A stretch of 64,000 nt of DNA, from contig JBLDXI010000085.1 in the NCBI GenBank assembly GCA_047495785.1, positions 239,368-303,367 on the forward strand. Reading direction: 5' to 3'. Made by a program: the position numbers and the translations under genes. The notes under the pieces were generated by a model, which saw only the letters and a list, made by a program, of their open reading frames with translations, was not told the origin of the DNA and did not search any database. Shown one piece after another: positions 62,401 to 64,000 of this stretch (positions are counted from its first letter, which is position 1; each line of letters opens with the position of its first letter). The stretch comes from Lepidodermella squamata (lineage: Eukaryota; Animalia; Gastrotricha).

Positions 62401-64000
62401 AATTGTACTGATTCATTCCGGTCATTCGCAGGAATTTTCAGCTTCCTGGTATTGGCAAGTGTAAAGAATTGTCACGCTGTCAAAATCTAGACTTAATATG
62501 CCATAGCCAGATGCCATAACCAATGGGGTCAGACGAATATTAGAGACGAAACTGATAAATTCGGTGCAATAAAAAATAATAATAATTGAATAAACCATCT
62601 AAAATTTCTGGCGTCGCTGGCAATCAATACTGAACAGCTTCAAAGGTTAAAAATTATTGATAAAACATAAACCGAACGGATGGACGCAAATGCAAGTTGC
62701 CGGGGAATTTCATAAAAATCATTCGGAAATCAATAAATTAAAAATTAAAAATAAAAATTTGAATTAACCGAAGATAGTTTGAATTACCTAGGAATATTTA
62801 TCGGAATGTAGATCTATACCCTTGATTTCAGGATATTAATTGCCAGGCGAATGAATTTTGTAAAGTTGGGCATTTCTAACAAAATTCTATGTTCTAAAAT
62901 CTAAAATCTGAAAAATTGTCAAAATTTGCTTCGCACATGCACAAAATTACTCTCTCGCAAAAAAGCATTGTGCAAAATTCTCACTCATCGATTATTTAAA
63001 AAAACACATGGGCAGCGCACAGATTGAAAATTTGTGCGTGAAAAAGGCAGTTTTTATTGCTTTTTCACTCACGTCAAAGGTAAATTTCTGCCAGTTTTAA
63101 TGCTTCGGCATCCGTTTTTTCTCGACAATCTAATTGCCACGACTGCTAGCAACAATATATCGCTCGAAAATCCGGTTAAAATCGCTTAAAATCGCTAAAC
63201 AATGGTCAACAAGCAACCAGAACAATCCTCAAAATGGGCATATATTACAGGTATTTCAGCCTGCATTTTAATGGTAAAATGTATTCTAAAGCTATTCCTA
63301 AGTGATATTATAATGTAAGAGCAGAGGAATCTTAGGATATGTTCAAAATTCGAAAATTTTACAAACTGACCGAGAAAATCACCTCTATTTAAGGAGAATT
63401 CCAAAAAAAATCACGGCCCTCCGTTTAGAAGGGCGCCTGCCTTCATTGTTGCGTCATTAACACAGCCACACTAGTCACGTGACTCTTAATCGCTTTTAAA
63501 TTAAACTCAAAGACAGTAAATGCCATAAGCTTGTCACACAAACAGTGCTGATTTTTTCTGAGTGAGATTTTCGACGCGAAATTTAAAGACTGGGACTACA
63601 CGTATCATAAAACCTCAATTTCTTTCCACTCAGGTGAAAACTCAGCTCTTACCATTTATTAGGCATTCCTTCATCCGACGTGTGGGTAGTTTCAATGGAT
63701 TTTTTCCTTTTTTAATATATCTATGGAAAGTCCCGCAATGCCACGCTGCATTTTTCACGGTTCCATGCGATTTTTCCCTAAATTTTCAAAAACTTAATAA
63801 CCCTAAATTCAACAAAATTCAAAGCGTTTTAATTTTAGTAACATTGAAACCGGCGGTAGTTTTTTGCATTTAATGCGACTAAAGCCGATTCTTCTCCCCG
63901 CCGATTATGGTACCTACCTGGTACCTGGTATACGCGCTCCTGGTAATGTTAGCTGGTTATGTATGGTACGCAAATGCTTCCGATTTTGTTTTTGCTATTT

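Overview
Eukaryotic DNA from an unidentified invertebrate with a compact genome (canonical GT-AG introns, many about 50-60 nt). Exon models were built by hand from splice signals and paralog comparison. The first 40 kb is a tandem cluster of nine apparently intact secreted C-type lectin genes plus relics. Each gene joins one of two N-terminal 'heads' to a terminal exon (4-Cys mini-module plus CTLD) across a phase-0 intron. Type A heads (6 genes) are a signal peptide, a highly conserved basic/aromatic peptide and a poly-Thr stalk. Type B heads (3 genes) are a signal peptide and five tandem ~45-aa 4-Cys modules on micro-exons. Heads and lectin exons appear to have been exchanged: one near-identical CTLD exon sits on an A gene and a B gene, and an A head lies upstream of a B-type CTLD. 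The sugar-binding loop differs between copies (EPN, QPD, SPN, RPN, WPT, deleted). Interleaved with the lectins are an atypical Kunitz peptide gene, a type I membrane protein with four L-type-lectin-like repeats plus TSP1, a signal-peptide ankyrin-sushi-ankyrin protein, a Cys-loop channel relic and an intact Mutator-like transposon. Downstream lie a divergent class C GPCR and the 3' part of an LDL-A repeat gene ending in SSFIRI-GKR, a possible FxRIamide peptide. The last ~16 kb is mostly repeats: MITEs, RTE-like LINE fragments and a dispersed ~1.4-kb repeat.
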